From Squalus acanthias (lineage: Eukaryota): a stretch of 64,000 nucleotides of DNA. Shown piece by piece: positions 1 to 12,659 of this stretch. Position numbers and translations under genes: made by a program. The DNA lies in NCBI GenBank assembly GCA_030390025.1, contig CM059432.1, forward strand, positions 25,670,001-25,734,000, given 5' to 3'. Below the pieces are notes generated by a model. The model had not been told where the DNA came from. It did not search any database and worked only from the letters and a program-made list of their open reading frames with translations. Each line of letters opens with the position of its first letter. Positions within the stretch are counted from its first letter, which is position 1.

Positions 1-480
1 AAGATTTTAAAATTGATGTACAGGTGGACAGGGAGGCAGCGAATGTGCAGCTGATGATGGAACTCATGGCTCTGAAAGCCCCATATGCTAACCCCCTCAA
101 TTTTATGAATGCTGAAGGGTTTCATTCAGTTAACATGTAGCTACTGTGCAAAACCACTCATCTTAGCCTGCACGTTAATACTCACTATTCTGGAAGCTGT
201 CATAACGCTTTCATCATGTACCAATCTATCATATCAGATCTGATGACTTAAAACCATATAGATTGGGGATCAGGGTTTTCCAGTCTAGTCATAGCTTATG
301 ACTTCAGTATGGTATCTGCTGACGTAGGGGAAAAGCAGATATAATGAGACCCAAGAAATGCAATAGAGCAGACCATAGGCATTCTGAAGTCTCATTTTTG
401 GTTGCTACTTCTTGAAGCTGAAGTGGATGATGATGATGAAGAAGATAAAAAGATCTTTCTTCTCTACATCAGAAAAAGGT
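1..480 (+). pseudogene. Degenerate PIF/Harbinger DDE transposase, C-terminal part
   Basis: Frameshifted translation gives DGTH..LKAP..NPLNFMNAEGFHSVN, YSGSCHNAFI (the PGSxHD motif), GDQGFP and an acidic tail (EAEVDDDDEED), collinear with the transposase at 52.5-53.5 kb. Confidence 0.75.
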
Positions 481-899
481 TGCATAAGAACGTAGAACAA
501 GAGAGACATTCAGTAAAGTTGACAGACCACATCATTTGTTTTTCCTTTCCCTTCCCCACCTCCAACTATCTCTCAAAAGCTTGCAGTCCCCAAGGTTTCT
601 GTACCTTGCCTCCATAATACAGAAGTGACACTCTCTCATATCATCATCCAAGTCCACTACGTTGCAAACATCCACAGAACTGAACACTGAAGTCTATGTG
701 GTGAAATAATTTAAATTTTCTAGAACTAAATCGAACAAAAATGATCCAATAATTTCTGACCAACTGCAACTATTTCTTATCACCATGTCTACCCTATGTG
801 CCAGCTACCTTACTTGCTTTAGCTGCAAATCTACTTCTTCTATGAGCTGCTCTGAGTGACTCATCTCAGTGGAGCTGCTGTCCGTAAGGGACCCACTTC

Positions 900-1400
900 C
901 AGTTGTCATTCTCTTGCATTGTCACTGGATTTCTGAGCCTAGGTCCAAAGCTCCATCAGGTGCTGGCATTGGAGGGAGCCTTAAAGACATAGGCACACTT
1001 TCACCACTCTGAGGGACAACAGCATCTGTTACCACTCCTTGCAGCTCACTGCTGCAGGGCACAGGTTCCAATTTGGAGCAAATAGTCCCAAACACAACTT
1101 GGAAATTGTTGTGTTCAGTCTCGCCTTCAAAGCATCGATTGAAGCACTGGTAGTTGCCATTCCAGAAGCAACCAATGTCCTTAGAACTTCCTCCTGGCAC
1201 TGTGTTGCCACAGAAACCTCCTGGATTGTCATTCTCTCCAGAATGTCACGAGAAACTCCCTGCAATGTTTTGCAGATGTGTGAAATGGACTTCTTCCAAT
1301 TATCCATCATCTCAACCATAAGTATGGAAACCATCTCCATTGCCAGCACATGTGATCTATGCTCCCGAATCATAGTTCTTTGGAAGACTGGGCCCTGAAA
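900..1400 (-). pseudogene. Probable C-terminal exon remnant of a Harbinger Myb/SANT partner gene
   Basis: Convergent to the transposase remnant. ORF 1029-1373 has a coiled-coil-like M/S/A/E-rich composition resembling exon 3 of the Myb gene at 51271-52362. Confidence 0.45.
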
Positions 1401-2184
1401 TCTGGGTCCCTAGGTTCCTTAGCCTAGGATAGTCACTTCTCCGCTCTGAATACAGAAATGGCTTTCTCCCTCTCTTTCACTCCCACGGTGGTTTTACTTC
1501 TTTAAAGTCACCCCACATAACTAATGAGGATTAGTCCAAGAAACTTCAGCGGGTTAGTTGCAGAATCAGGTTAGCTGCCCAACCCAGTGCTAACTCGCCA
1601 ATGAGAGGAGAATTCAGTTTCTTATCTCAATTTGAATTTGTTCATACATAGTAGGGATAATTTTACAAAGTTGTATTCTCAGCCTCACTTAATCTAAATG
1701 TCTACAGGCCCAAATACTTTAAGGTTTGCAGAACCTCTAGACAGTTTTCTGGGATCTGTCTGAATGATATCCTGGATGCCTGATAATCCCATATGCAGTG
1801 CAGATGGAAAATCATCCTCAAAACATATAATCCAACACTCAAGAGTTGACTATATTCCAGACCCTATGTGAGCCAAGCCAACTGTAAGAGTAGATTGCAG
1901 TTCAGCGCCCATGTCAGCTGAATCAATTTGCAGAGCAAGCTGTAAGCCAGCCCATATGTTAGTTGTATGAACCAACAGAGCGGTTGGAAAACGGTCCCAT
2001 GTTATCTGAAGTAATGTAGGAAAAGTTGATTTGAAAATTACCTAGAGTGAGTTACCTCTGATGGAATTGTAATTACTGGCTCTTAATTCATTGCTGCATG
2101 AATAAATGCTAAAACAGGAGCCACAGCCAGCAGTTCAAATTACACCAATAACTATTTAACCCTTAGCTCATCTTTAGAGGCATT

Positions 2185-2321
2185 GGCCTAGAAATTCATC
2201 TCGGGCGGTGACGCAAAATGGGCGGTATCGGATCGGCCGCCCGTTATACCCAGCGCCTGTAATGGGCGGCCGCTCCGATCCCGCCCATTTAGCACCACCA
2301 CCCGGGACAAATTTCTGGGCC
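2185..2321. mobile_element. Short palindromic MITE (Harbinger-like)
   Basis: Termini ggcctagaaatt / aatttctgggcc, internal inverted repeat aaatgggcgg..gatcgg..cggccgccc / gggcggccg..ccgatc.ccgcccattt, 3-bp flanking duplication ATT. Confidence 0.7.
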
Positions 2322-2384
2322 ATTGAGCCTGAAATTAGGTCATCGGATACTAATGCGCAACTGCTTCATGCATTCATCTGCAAG

Positions 2385-3612
2385 TTATTATTGAATCTGT
2401 TTCTGCCACCCATTTCAGGCAGTGCATTCCAGATCATAAAAACTCGCTGAGTAAAAAAAATTCTCCTCATCTCCCTCTTGGATTTTTTTCCTCATGGCAC
2501 CTCTGGTTTTTTTTTGACAATTATCTTAAATCTGTGTCCTCAGGTTACCAACCTTTCTGGCACTAGAAACAGTTTCTCCCTATTTACTCTATCAAAGCCG
2601 CTCAAGATTTTGAACACCTCTATCAAATCTCCCCTTAACCTTCTCTGCTCTAAGGAGAGCAACCCCAGTTTCACTATTCTCTCCACGTAACTAGTGTGGT
2701 GCCCAGAATTGCCCAGAATACTCCAGCTGGGGCTGAGCAAGTGTTTCATAAATAATTATCCCTCAATCAACATCACCAAAACAGATTATCTGGTCATTAT
2801 CACATTGCTGTTTGTGGGAGCTTGCTGTGCACAAATTGGCTGCTGTGTTTCCCACATTACAACAGTGACTACACTTCAAAAGTACTTCATTGGCTGTAAA
2901 GCGCTTTGGGACGTCCGCTGGTCATGAAAGGCGCTATATAAATGCAAGTCTTTCTTTTTTCTTTCTTTTAGCATAACTTCCTTGCTCTTGTACTCTAGGC
3001 CTCTATTTATAAAGCCAAGGATCCCTGTATGCCTTTTCAACAGCGTTCTCAACTTGGCCTGTCACCTTCAAAGACTTGTGTATGTATGCCCTCATGTCTC
3101 TCTGTTCCTGCACCTTTTACAATTGTACCATTTATTTTATACTGCCTCTCCTCATTCTTCCTAATTAATCATTTCATACTTCTGTGTTAAATTTTATCTG
3201 CCATGTAACTATTTCACCAGTCTGTCCATGTCCTCCTGAAGTCTGTTACACTCCTCCTAACTATTTACTACATTTCCGAGTTTGGTGTCATCTGCAAACT
3301 TAGAAATGATGACCTGTATGCCCAAGTCCGGGTCATTAATATATATTTATTAACCCATATTTTTCCAAGCGCCGGATTAATGTCTCTAAATGTTTCCCCA
3401 CCACCAACTTTGGGTTGATTGGCCTGTATATTGCCAAGTTTATCCCTTTCCCCTTTTTTGAACAGAGTTGTAACATTTGCAATCCTCCAGTCCTCTGGCA
3501 CCACTCCCATATTTAAGGAGGTTTGGAAGATTGTGGCCAGAGCCTCTGCAATTTTCACCCTTACTTCCCTGAGCAACCTAGGGTGCATCCCATCTGGACG
3601 GGCTGACTTTTC
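2385..3612 (-). mobile_element. CR1 LINE ORF2 fragments, internally deleted and interrupted by a SINE
   Basis: Minus-strand peptides LGLLSLEQRRLRGDLIEVFKIL and PDGMHPRLLRE..PEDWRIANVTTLFKKG are CR1 RT-region motifs. Confidence 0.9.
2752..2967 (+). mobile_element. DeuSINE (AmnSINE1/SacSINE1-like) 3' part inserted in CR1
   Basis: aaaacagattatctggtcattatcacattgctgtttgtgggagcttgctgtgc...gaaaggcgctatataaatgcaagtctttcttt matches the recalled AmnSINE1-type 3' region and recurs at 58951-59140, 49841-49975 and 63905-63985. Confidence 0.8.
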
Positions 3613-3629
3613 AATGTATGTTAAATATG

Positions 3630-5245
3630 TTAATGAAGTGACCCGCCTCTCCAAGATGGGACACTGGCATGCCTTGCTATCAGCCATTGTAAAAATGGCG
3701 GCAGGCATGTACGCTTCTGGTTGGAGTCATTTTTCGTAATTTTTTAGGGTTTTACCTCTCCCGCCCATATTGGGGGAGGGAGTTCATATCGTGGCCATTA
3801 TGTATGCACAGCAGGCTCCCAGTAGAATTTCCACCATCGAGAGGGATTCTGTCGGTGTGAGCGAGGAAACTCTTGCAGGGCTACAGCAGATTTGCTGCCT
3901 CAGGACAACAAGAGACAGCGAGGAACCTGAAAGGGGCAGAAGTGCTCCAAATGTCAGAAGGAAAACTAGGAAAAGTCTCACTATAGGGCCGAGACCAGAG
4001 GACTTCATTGGATGTGTTTGGGGCCAAATGAATGGAGAGGAGGCCACTACACTGCCCTTTCCTTCCACAGGGGGAATGGTGGGCCTTTGCAGCCACTTCC
4101 TGGGGACTATTGCCACCTTTCACATGGCCATCAAGAAAAACAGCGATAACTGTGAAGTGAAGGAGAGAAATACATCAAGGACCTGCCCCTTTCACTCCCA
4201 TTTGCATGCGGATAGTGGTAGTCCTAGCAGGGGCAAGGGGGACGGAAATCCCAGTTGAGGAGGCGAGTGGTGAGACAGCGATGGGTCTCAGCATCCAAAT
4301 TTTACTACATTCTTTGCCACAATTCCCATCCATTTTCTCAGCGCACAGCCCCCTCGAAAGAATAGGAAGAGGAAGAGGATGAGGAAGAGGACGAGGAGGA
4401 GAACAAGGAGGAGGCGGATGAGGAGGAGGATGAGGAGGACGACGGGGAGCGACGCCTTGCGGGGCTGGATGTGAACAATCCAGCAGCAGGCGACCACATT
4501 GCTGGCCGTCAGGCAAGGGATGCACTCATCCTTGCCTGATTCGCGTAAGCTTACACTTCAACCACAGGTGGCTGGCACATGGAGATGAATATAAGTCCGA
4601 CATTCTCAAAACCCCAGGCATCATCTGCCCAATAAACGGTGGTTTGCGCTCAGTGTCACCACCAACATTCTAAATGGAATTCTCCCTGAGTCCTCACTCT
4701 TGAACTTCCATTTCCCAGAACACAGAGGCCACACTTTAGGTGATCTTAGCAGATCATGAAACCTTTTTCGACACTGAACCCATGTGCGTCTGCACACAGA
4801 CCTCGAACTCACCTCCTCAGCAACTTGCAGCCAAGCTGCCTTGGTTTGCTGAGGAGGCCTCCTCCTTCCGTTTCCAGGGAAGAGGACCTCCTGACGTCCT
4901 CTAACTCTCTCCACAAGACCATGGAGGGTGCTCTCATTGAACCTGGCTGCAGCCTTAGTTTTTGGAGCTGCCATTCCTGCAGCAGCCAGCACTTTTAACA
5001 GAAAAAAGCTAATGTTTCTGCCAAAGGGACATGGCCCCTTTAAATCTTTCCTGAAACAACGTGTCATCAGAGGCGAGAATCTGACACTCTGCAAGCAATT
5101 GCCTGGAGGGACTCGCTCATCGGCCGTAATGAGGCCAATTAACCTAAAATCTGTTCTGCGGGGCAGCGGCAACCGGGAACGGGTCTAGAAGACGCCGAGC
5201 AGCGGGCCCACCGTCAACCTGCCTTCTTCATTAAAATCGAGCCCC
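3630..5245. mobile_element. Non-autonomous Harbinger derivative with Myb/SANT exon and transposase-type C-terminal tail
   Basis: Minus-strand Myb/SANT exon. Plus-strand acidic tail ending AGRQARDALILA*FA* (compare [14 protein letters not shown] at 52528). Right end aaaatcgagccc resembles the gggctggatttt TIR type. Left end uncertain. Confidence 0.7.
4735..4974 (-). pseudogene. Myb/SANT-like (trihelix, MSANTD-type) DNA-binding domain exon
   Basis: MAAPKTKAAARFNESTLHGLVERVRGRQEVLFPGNGRRRPPQQTKAAWLQVAEEVSSRSVCRRTWVQCRKRFHDL shows the RF..L..LV, W..VA and RT..QCRKRF.DL motifs, followed by a probable GT donor. Confidence 0.85.
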
Positions 5246-5644
5246 AGGTATTTCACTGCAAACAAATGTTCCTGACAGCCTTTTTTTAATCCTTTTCTTC
5301 CACTTCTAGAACTCAAATACAGAGGAGTACTCAATCTAAAACCCATTAAAAAATATTTGATGACGGCAACAAAACATTTTAGCAATAAAGCTTTAAGTAC
5401 TCACTTCTTGGAAGCCGAGAAAATGCCTTCTCTTAATTGTCCATTTCATGCGAGTGAGCTATGCAAACGATATATTCCCCACAGGAAAGTTAGGAAATCG
5501 TGTTCGTGTAACTTAGGTTTCATTTCCATAGATTAGAATATTCAAATGCTGCCCTTGCATGGAATGCTGCATTACTTGGGTGGGAATTCACTGAGTTGGA
5601 GCACCATCTGATTTTCCGACCCTCACTTGGTCTGACCAAGTGAG

Positions 5645-5925
5645 GAAATTGGATATATACTTGAAAAATAAACATTTTTAGGGCTGTGGGGGAAAGAGCA
5701 GGGGAGTGGGACTAATTGGATAGCTCTTTCAAAGAGCCGGCACAGGAATAATATGCTGAATGACCTCCTTCTATGCTGTAAAATTCCATGATTGTGAGGA
5801 AAAGGAAAAAATTGCAGGCTATGAGGAAAGAGCAGGGGAGTAGGAATAATTGGACAGCTCTTTCAAACTGCCGGCACAGGCACGATAGGCTGAATGACCT
5901 CCTTTTACTCTGTAAGATTCCATGA
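5645..5925 (+). mobile_element. Two tandem CR1 3' tails
   Basis: ggaaagagcaggggagt.gga.taattgga.agctctttcaaa...ccggcacagg...gctgaatgacctcctt occurs twice. Confidence 0.8.
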
Positions 5926-6559
5926 TGGTTAGAAAACTAATGATTTATAAAAAGTATCCTACAACATATAAACTCCTGTATCCTGGTACCAAGCACAAAG
6001 CCTAACATTGCTATAGTGCCGGTCAAGGGAGGTTCTGTACTACAAGGGTCACTCTTACCCCTGCCCTGTCACCCACATCATTTGGAACACCTGTCAACTT
6101 CCCCACAGCAGCTGGACAAAGCCAGACAGTAGCCACAGCCAAATGACTCAAACCAGCGAGACGTACGAAACAGCACATATTATAAAACAATCAAAAATAG
6201 TTGGCAGATACAACATAGTAATTAAATCAAGGTTTATAATTTCAGCAGAACCCCTTGATTCAATTATAGTCTCATGTCCTGCCATCAGCCAGCTATTACT
6301 TTCCATTTAATTATTGCATTACTGCTTTGTAGCACTCAGTGTGCAGCTTTCTACCTTTTGTAATATTTCAAATGTATTGTAGCCTGCATCACAATACAAA
6401 AATCATCAGTAATGTTTTGCCCCAACATCTGATAGATTATATTTTTAAAGTAACAATCAGTCTCCTTTTGGTGTTCCACATAGAGAGTCAAGACCAAATA
6501 CAATATTCAGGTCAAGCAGGGTTATAGGGTGGTGGGAGGCAGGGGGATATAATTGATCA

Positions 6560-7060
6560 TGTCCAGAGGGGAATGACGGGAATATAGATGACGGGATGTG
6601 GAATGGGAGAGGATGAGAAGGGGAGGGGGTAGAGGGGTTGGGGACTGGGGAGGGAATGAAGAGGGGCTAGGTGGGTGGCAGGAAGGAGGAGAGAGAGGCG
6701 GCGAAGGGCTGTAAAGCACTTTGGGACACCCTGAGGTCATGAAAGGTGCTATATAAAGTCTTTCTTCAGGGCAGAGAACATGTGAAAGGGGGAGAGGAGA
6801 GGAAGGGAGCGGGAAAGGTGAGGGTGAGCTGGGGAAGAAAATGAGCTGGAAGGGGAGGGAAGAGCTTTTAGGAGGAAAGGAGGAGAAGGGAAGCAGAGAG
6901 GGGAGGGGCAAGAAAGGAAGGGAATAGAGGGGCAGAAGAGGAAATGGAGGGGTTCGGAAGAAGATAAGAGAGGGGGAAGATGGAGAAGGGGGATGAGGAG
7001 GCGGCAGGAAAGGGAGAGAGGAGAATGGCGAACAAAGGCAGGGAACATTTCTCAGTAGGG
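6560..7060. repeat. Purine-rich (GA) low-complexity tract containing a DeuSINE tail (about 6707-6766)
   Basis: Almost pure G/A sequence, with ggctgtaaagcactttgggacaccctgaggtcatgaaaggtgctatataa embedded. Confidence 0.8.
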
Positions 7061-7900
7061 AGAAGTAGCACAGATTTTCACGAGACATGGAGGGGGTCCG
7101 CTACCCTCCAGACAGTGCCAGAAATTCTTCTTTGAGCAGTGGCTGCTGGCCTACACTTCAGTTAGTTTGATGTTTGAGAGGGGAAGTTCTCAAGTTGAGT
7201 AATGTGGGCAGGAGTGTGATTTGACATTTTACACAGCCGCAGGTGCAGGGATTGAAGAAGGCCACCAGAAATCAAGGAATCTGAAATCGGCATTTGTTTC
7301 GCAAATGCACAAATTCAGATGACAAATAGTTACCTCAGGCTACTTGGCTATTTCACCTCAGCTATTTTTACCTGTGGATGCAGACAGATAGAAAGAGAGG
7401 TTTGCTGACTGTGATTAATCTTTAAATAACAATGGTAGCAAAACTGTGAGAACGTAAATCTGTTTCTACTTCAGCTGCTGATCTGAAAGGTTAGTCCAAC
7501 AAACCTGTGAGGGGAAAAAAGATTGTGATAGTGATATCCAAAATCCTGTCAAAAGATTTACTGCTTCTGTGTGGGACACCATGCTGGGTGAGTGTGTGAC
7601 ATTCTTGACAATCACAATGTCACCTATTGGCTTAATAGGGCTAAGGTGATAATAGATAACAGGGGTAATGTGACAATAAAAGTTGTCGATGAAACGTGTG
7701 CCCCATGTATCAAGTTTAATGGACAATAGAGGTTGCTAGTTGTAATAACACTGTATGAAAACATAAAAATAATTTGCCTGTTGTATTATATAGATTTGCA
7801 TTTAGAATACTCCAATCTTTTCGTCGTTAACTTAGTCAATTTATTCAAACCAGGTTTAATAAAGCAAGGGAAATGAGACCAAACATTTGCTGAGGAATGC

Positions 7901-8023
7901 TGAGGTATTATGACATGGTTTGGTATGAGCATGCTTAGCTCGTTCTAGCCTAATAAAGCAAGCACATGGACGAGCAACTTATCGTGTCTTTGTCCTTCAT
8001 TTATTCTACACAAGTATGTTACA
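7901..8023 (+). mobile_element. Short solo LTR of the Gypsy family found at 14-20 kb
   Basis: TG...CA ends, aataaa, and reverse-complement similarity along its length to 14019-14143. Confidence 0.65.
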
Positions 8024-8038
8024 TTTTGATGAAAAGGA

Positions 8039-8390
8039 TTTTTTTTTATTTGTTCATAGGATGTGGGCGTCGCTGGCAAGGCCAGAATTTATTGCCCATC
8101 CCTAGTTCCCCTTGAGAAGGTGGTGGTGAGCCGCTTTCTTGAACCGCTGCAGTCCGTGTGGTGAAGGTACTCCCACAGTGCTGTTAGGGAGAGAGTTCCA
8201 GGATTTTGACTCCGCGACGATGAAGGAACGGCGATATACTTCCAAGTCAGGATGGTGTGTGACTTGGAGGGGAACTTGGAGGTGGTGGTGTTCCCATGCG
8301 CCTGCTGCCCTTGTTCTTCTAGGTGGTAGAGGTCACAGGTTTGGGAGGTGCTGCCGAAGAAGCCTTGGCGAGTTGCTGCAGTGCATCTTC
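8039..8390 (-). mobile_element. LINE family B (CR1/L2 group) 3' end with A-rich tail
   Basis: Same sequence as 10357-10705 and as the reverse complement of about 45630-45980. Confidence 0.9.
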
Positions 8391-10356
8391 TAGGGGGATG
8401 GGCACCAGCATATAGGAGTAGAAAAGAGGAATAAGGTGCATAAAAGAGTGAGTGTGGTGGATAATACTATAGAAGATAATAGTGGAGGCGTTATTAGTAC
8501 CATATTAGATAGGAGCAGACGAAGAAAGACTGCGAAAAATTCAAAAATGGGTTTAGAATGCATGTACGTAAATGCACAAAGTGTGGTGAATAAGGTTGGT
8601 GAGCTACAAGCACAATTAGCCGTGTGGTAATGTGATGTGTGGCAATAACATAAATTTGGCTTAAAAACGATGAGGACTGGGCACTTAATATTCAAGGGTA
8701 CAAGGTGTTCAGAAAAGATAGGGAAGGAAAAAAGGGAGGTGGGGTGGTAGTGCTGATTAAGGAAGACAGTGTAGTATTGGAAAGGGAGGATGTTCTTGAG
8801 GGGACAAGGACAGAATCCATTTGGTTAGAGTTGAGGAGCAAAAAGGTTATGATCACGCTATTGGGGTTATTCTATAGGCCTCCAATAGTGAGAGGGAGGT
8901 AGAGGAGCAAATCTGTAGGGAAATCGCAGAGATATGCAAGAGCTATAGAGTGGTGATATTGGGGGACTTTAATTATTCAAATTTCGATTGGGATAATGCT
9001 AGGGTAAAGGGAAAGGAGGGGGAGGAATTTCTGAAAAGTATTCAGGAGAATTTCCTTGATCAATATGTTCTTGGTCCAACTAGGAAGGAAGCATTGCTGG
9101 ATCTCTTGCTGGGGAATGAGGTGGGCCAGGTCGACCAAGTGTCTGTGGGAGAACACTTGGGTACGAGTGATCATCGTATCATAAGATTTAGATTAGCAAT
9201 GGAGAGGAGCAAGGAACAATCTTGAGTTGAACTTCTAAACTGGAATAGGGCTAACTTCAATGGATGTGAAAGGATCTAGCCAGGGTTAAATGGAACCAAA
9301 GACTGACAGGAAAAACAGTAACGGAACAATGGGTGATCTTTAAGGAGGAGATGTTCCAAGTACAGGCTAGGTACATTCCAACAAGAGGGAAGGGTAAGGG
9401 AACCAAAGCAAGGGCTCCTTCGATGACGAGGGAGATAGAGCAGATGATGAAACAAAAAAAGAGGGTGTATGATGCATGTCAGGTGAATTCTTTAAGGGAG
9501 AACCAGACCAAAAACAATAAGTTGAGAGGGGATGCGAAGATGAAACTAAGATTGGCAAAGAGAGAATATGAGAGTAGAATGGCAGTTAACATAAAAGGGA
9601 ACCCCAAAATCTTCTACGGCATGTAAACAGTAAGCGGGTAGTAAGAGGCTGGGTGGGGCCTAATAGAGACAAAGAAGGTGATATGTGCTTAGAGGCGCAG
9701 GGCAAGGCTAGAATACTCAATGAGTACTTTGTATCGGTGTTTACTAAGGAGATGGATGCTGACAAAATATCGGTAGAATTGGAAATGGTAGCAACAATGG
9801 AAGGGGTGAAAATTGATAGACAGGATGTACTAGAAAGGCTGGGTATGCTTAGAGTGGACAAGTCACCTGGTCCAGATGGCTTGCATCCCAGGTTGCTAAG
9901 GGAATTGGGGGAGGAGATAGCGGAAGAGCTTGCCATAATTTTCCAATCTTCCCTAGATGCGGAGGAGGTGTCTGAGGATTGGAAATTGGCAAATGTTACA
10001 CCATTGTTCAAGAAAGGGTGTGAGGACAATCCTAGTAACTACAGGCTGGTCAGTTTAACATCAGTGGTGGGTAAAGTTTTAGAAACAATAATCAAGGAAA
10101 AAAATAACGGGCATTTGAAGAGGTTTAAGCTAATTAAGGAGAGTCAATCATGTGTTTGTAAAAGGAAGATCGTGTTTGACTAATCTGGTTGAATATTTTG
10201 ATGAAGTAACAGAGAGGATTGATGAAGGGAATGCAATGGATGTTGTCTACATGGATTTTCGGAAGGCATTTGACAAAGTAGCACATAGAAGGCTGGTTAA
10301 CAAAATTGAGGCTCATGGAATAGGTGTGTCAGTAGCAGCTTGGATAAGGAATTGGC

Positions 10357-11756
10357 TTTTTTTAAATAGGTTTATGTGATGTGGGCGTCACTGGCAAAGC
10401 CAGCATTTATTGCCCATCCCTAATTGCCCTTGAGAAGGTGGTGGTGAGCTGCCTTCTTGAACCGCTGCAGTCTGTGTGATGAAGGTACTCCCACATTGCT
10501 GTTAGGGGGGGAGTTCCAGGATTTTGACCCAGTGACGATGAAGGAACGGCGATATACTTCTAATCAGGATGGTGTGTGACTTGGAGGGGAACTTGGAGGT
10601 GGCGGTGTTCCCATGCGCCTGCTGCCCTTGTCCTTCTAGGTGGAAGAGGTCGCGGGTTTGGGAGGTGCTGCTAAAGAAGCCTCGGCAAGTTGCTGCAGTG
10701 CATCTTGTAGATGGTACACACTGCAGCCACGGTATGCCGGTGGTGGAGGGAGTGAATGTTTAAGGTGGTGGATGGGGTGCCAATCAAGCAGGCTGCTTTG
10801 TCCTGAATGGTGTCAAGCTTCTTGAGTGTTGTTGGAGCTGCACTCAGCCAGATAAGTGGAGAGTATTCCATCACACTCCTTACTTGTGCATTGTAGATGG
10901 TGGAAAGGCTGTAGGGAGTCAGGAGGTGAGACACTCGCCGCAGAATACCTAGCCTCTGACCTGCTCTTGTTGCCACAGTATTTATGTGGCTGGTCCAGTT
11001 AAGTTTCTGGTCAATGGTGACCCCCAGGATGTTGATGATGGGGGATTCGGCGATGGTAGTACCGTTGAACGTCAAGGGGAGGTGGTTAGACACTAGCTTG
11101 TTGGAGATAGTCATTGCCTGGCACTTCTGTGCACGAATGTTACCTGCCACTTATCAGCCCAAGCCTGAACATCGTCCAGGTCTTGTTGCATGCGGACATA
11201 GACTGCTTCATTATCTGAGGAGTTGTGAATTGCACTGAACACTGTGCAGTCATCAGCGAACATCCCCATTTCTGACCTTATGTTGAAGCGAAGGTCATTG
11301 ATGAAGCAGCTGAAGATGGTTGGGCCCAGGACACTGCCCTGAGGAACTCCTGCAGCAATGTCCTGGGGCTGTGATGATTGACCTTCATCCACCACAACCA
11401 TCTTCCTTTGTGCTAGGTATGACTCCAGCCAGTGGAGAGTTTTTCACCCCGATTCCCATTGACTTCAGTTTTACTAGGGCTCCTTGATGCCACACTCGGT
11501 CAAATGCTGCCTTGATGTCAAAGGCAGTCACTCTCACCTCACCTCTGTAATTCAGCTCCTTTGTCCATGTTTGGACCAAGGCTGTAATGAGGTCGGGAGC
11601 CGAGTGGTCTTGGCGGAAACCAAACTGGGCATCAGTGAGCAGATTATTGGTGAGTAAGTGCCGCTTGATAGCACTTTCGGTGACACCTACCATCACTTTG
11701 CTGATGATTGAGAGTAGACTGATGGCGTGGTAAATGGCCGGGTTGGATTTGTCCTG
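10357..11756 (-). mobile_element. LINE family B, 5'-truncated, inserted in CR1
   Basis: RT motifs QFGFRQDHSAPD, DIKAAFDRVWH, GVPQGSVLGPTIFSCFINDL, MFADDCT. The host CR1 frame RNWL|KDRK is split at this point. Confidence 0.92.
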
Positions 11757-12659
11757 CTTAAGGACAGAAAATAGCGAGTTGTGGTAAATTGCTGTTTTTC
11801 AGACTGGAGGATGGTAGACAGTGGTGTTTTCAGTGCTGGGGCCACTGCTTTTTTTGATATATATAAATGACCTGGATATTGGAATAGAGAGTAGAATTTC
11901 TAAATCTGCCAATCACACCAAACTTAGTGGTGTGGCAAACCGTGAGGAAGATACCAATCGACTGCAATAGGACATAGAAAGGCTAGCAGAATGGGCAGAC
12001 AAGTGGCAGATGGAATTAAATACAAAGAAGTGTGAGGTGATGCATTTTCGCAGAAGGAACAGGGAGAGTTAATATACACTTAATGGCACAGTTTTAAAGA
12101 GTGTGCAACGACAGAGGGACCTGGGAGTTAATGTGCATAGGTCCCTGAAGGTGGCAGGACATATTGAGAGAGTGGTTAGCAAAGCATATGGGATCTTGGG
12201 CTTCATAAATAGCGATATTTCTACAAAAGTAGAGAAGTTATGCTGAACCTTTATAAAGCGCTGGTTAGGCCACAACTGGAGTATTGCGTCCAGTTCTGGT
12301 CACCACACTTTAGGAAGGATGTGAAGGCCCTTGAGAGGGTGCAGAGGAGATTTACCAGAATGGTTCTGGGGATGGGGGATCTTAGCTACAAGGACAGTTT
12401 GGAGAAGCTGGATTTGTTTTCATTAGAGCAAAGAAGGTCGAGGGGTGATTTGATAGAGGTGTACAAGACTATGACAGGTTTGGATAGGCTAGATGGGGAA
12501 ATGCTGTTCCCACTAGTTGATGGTACAAGGACTAGGGGACACAGATTTAAGGTTTTGGGCAAGAGATACAGGGGGGATGTGAGGAAAAACTTTTTATGCA
12601 GCGAGTGGTGAGGACCTGGAACTCGCTGCGGACGGAAGTGGTGGAAGCGGAGACACTCA

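Noticed and set aside
6522..7088. Pro/Ser/Leu-rich ORFs
   Set aside because: Antisense reading of a GA low-complexity tract.
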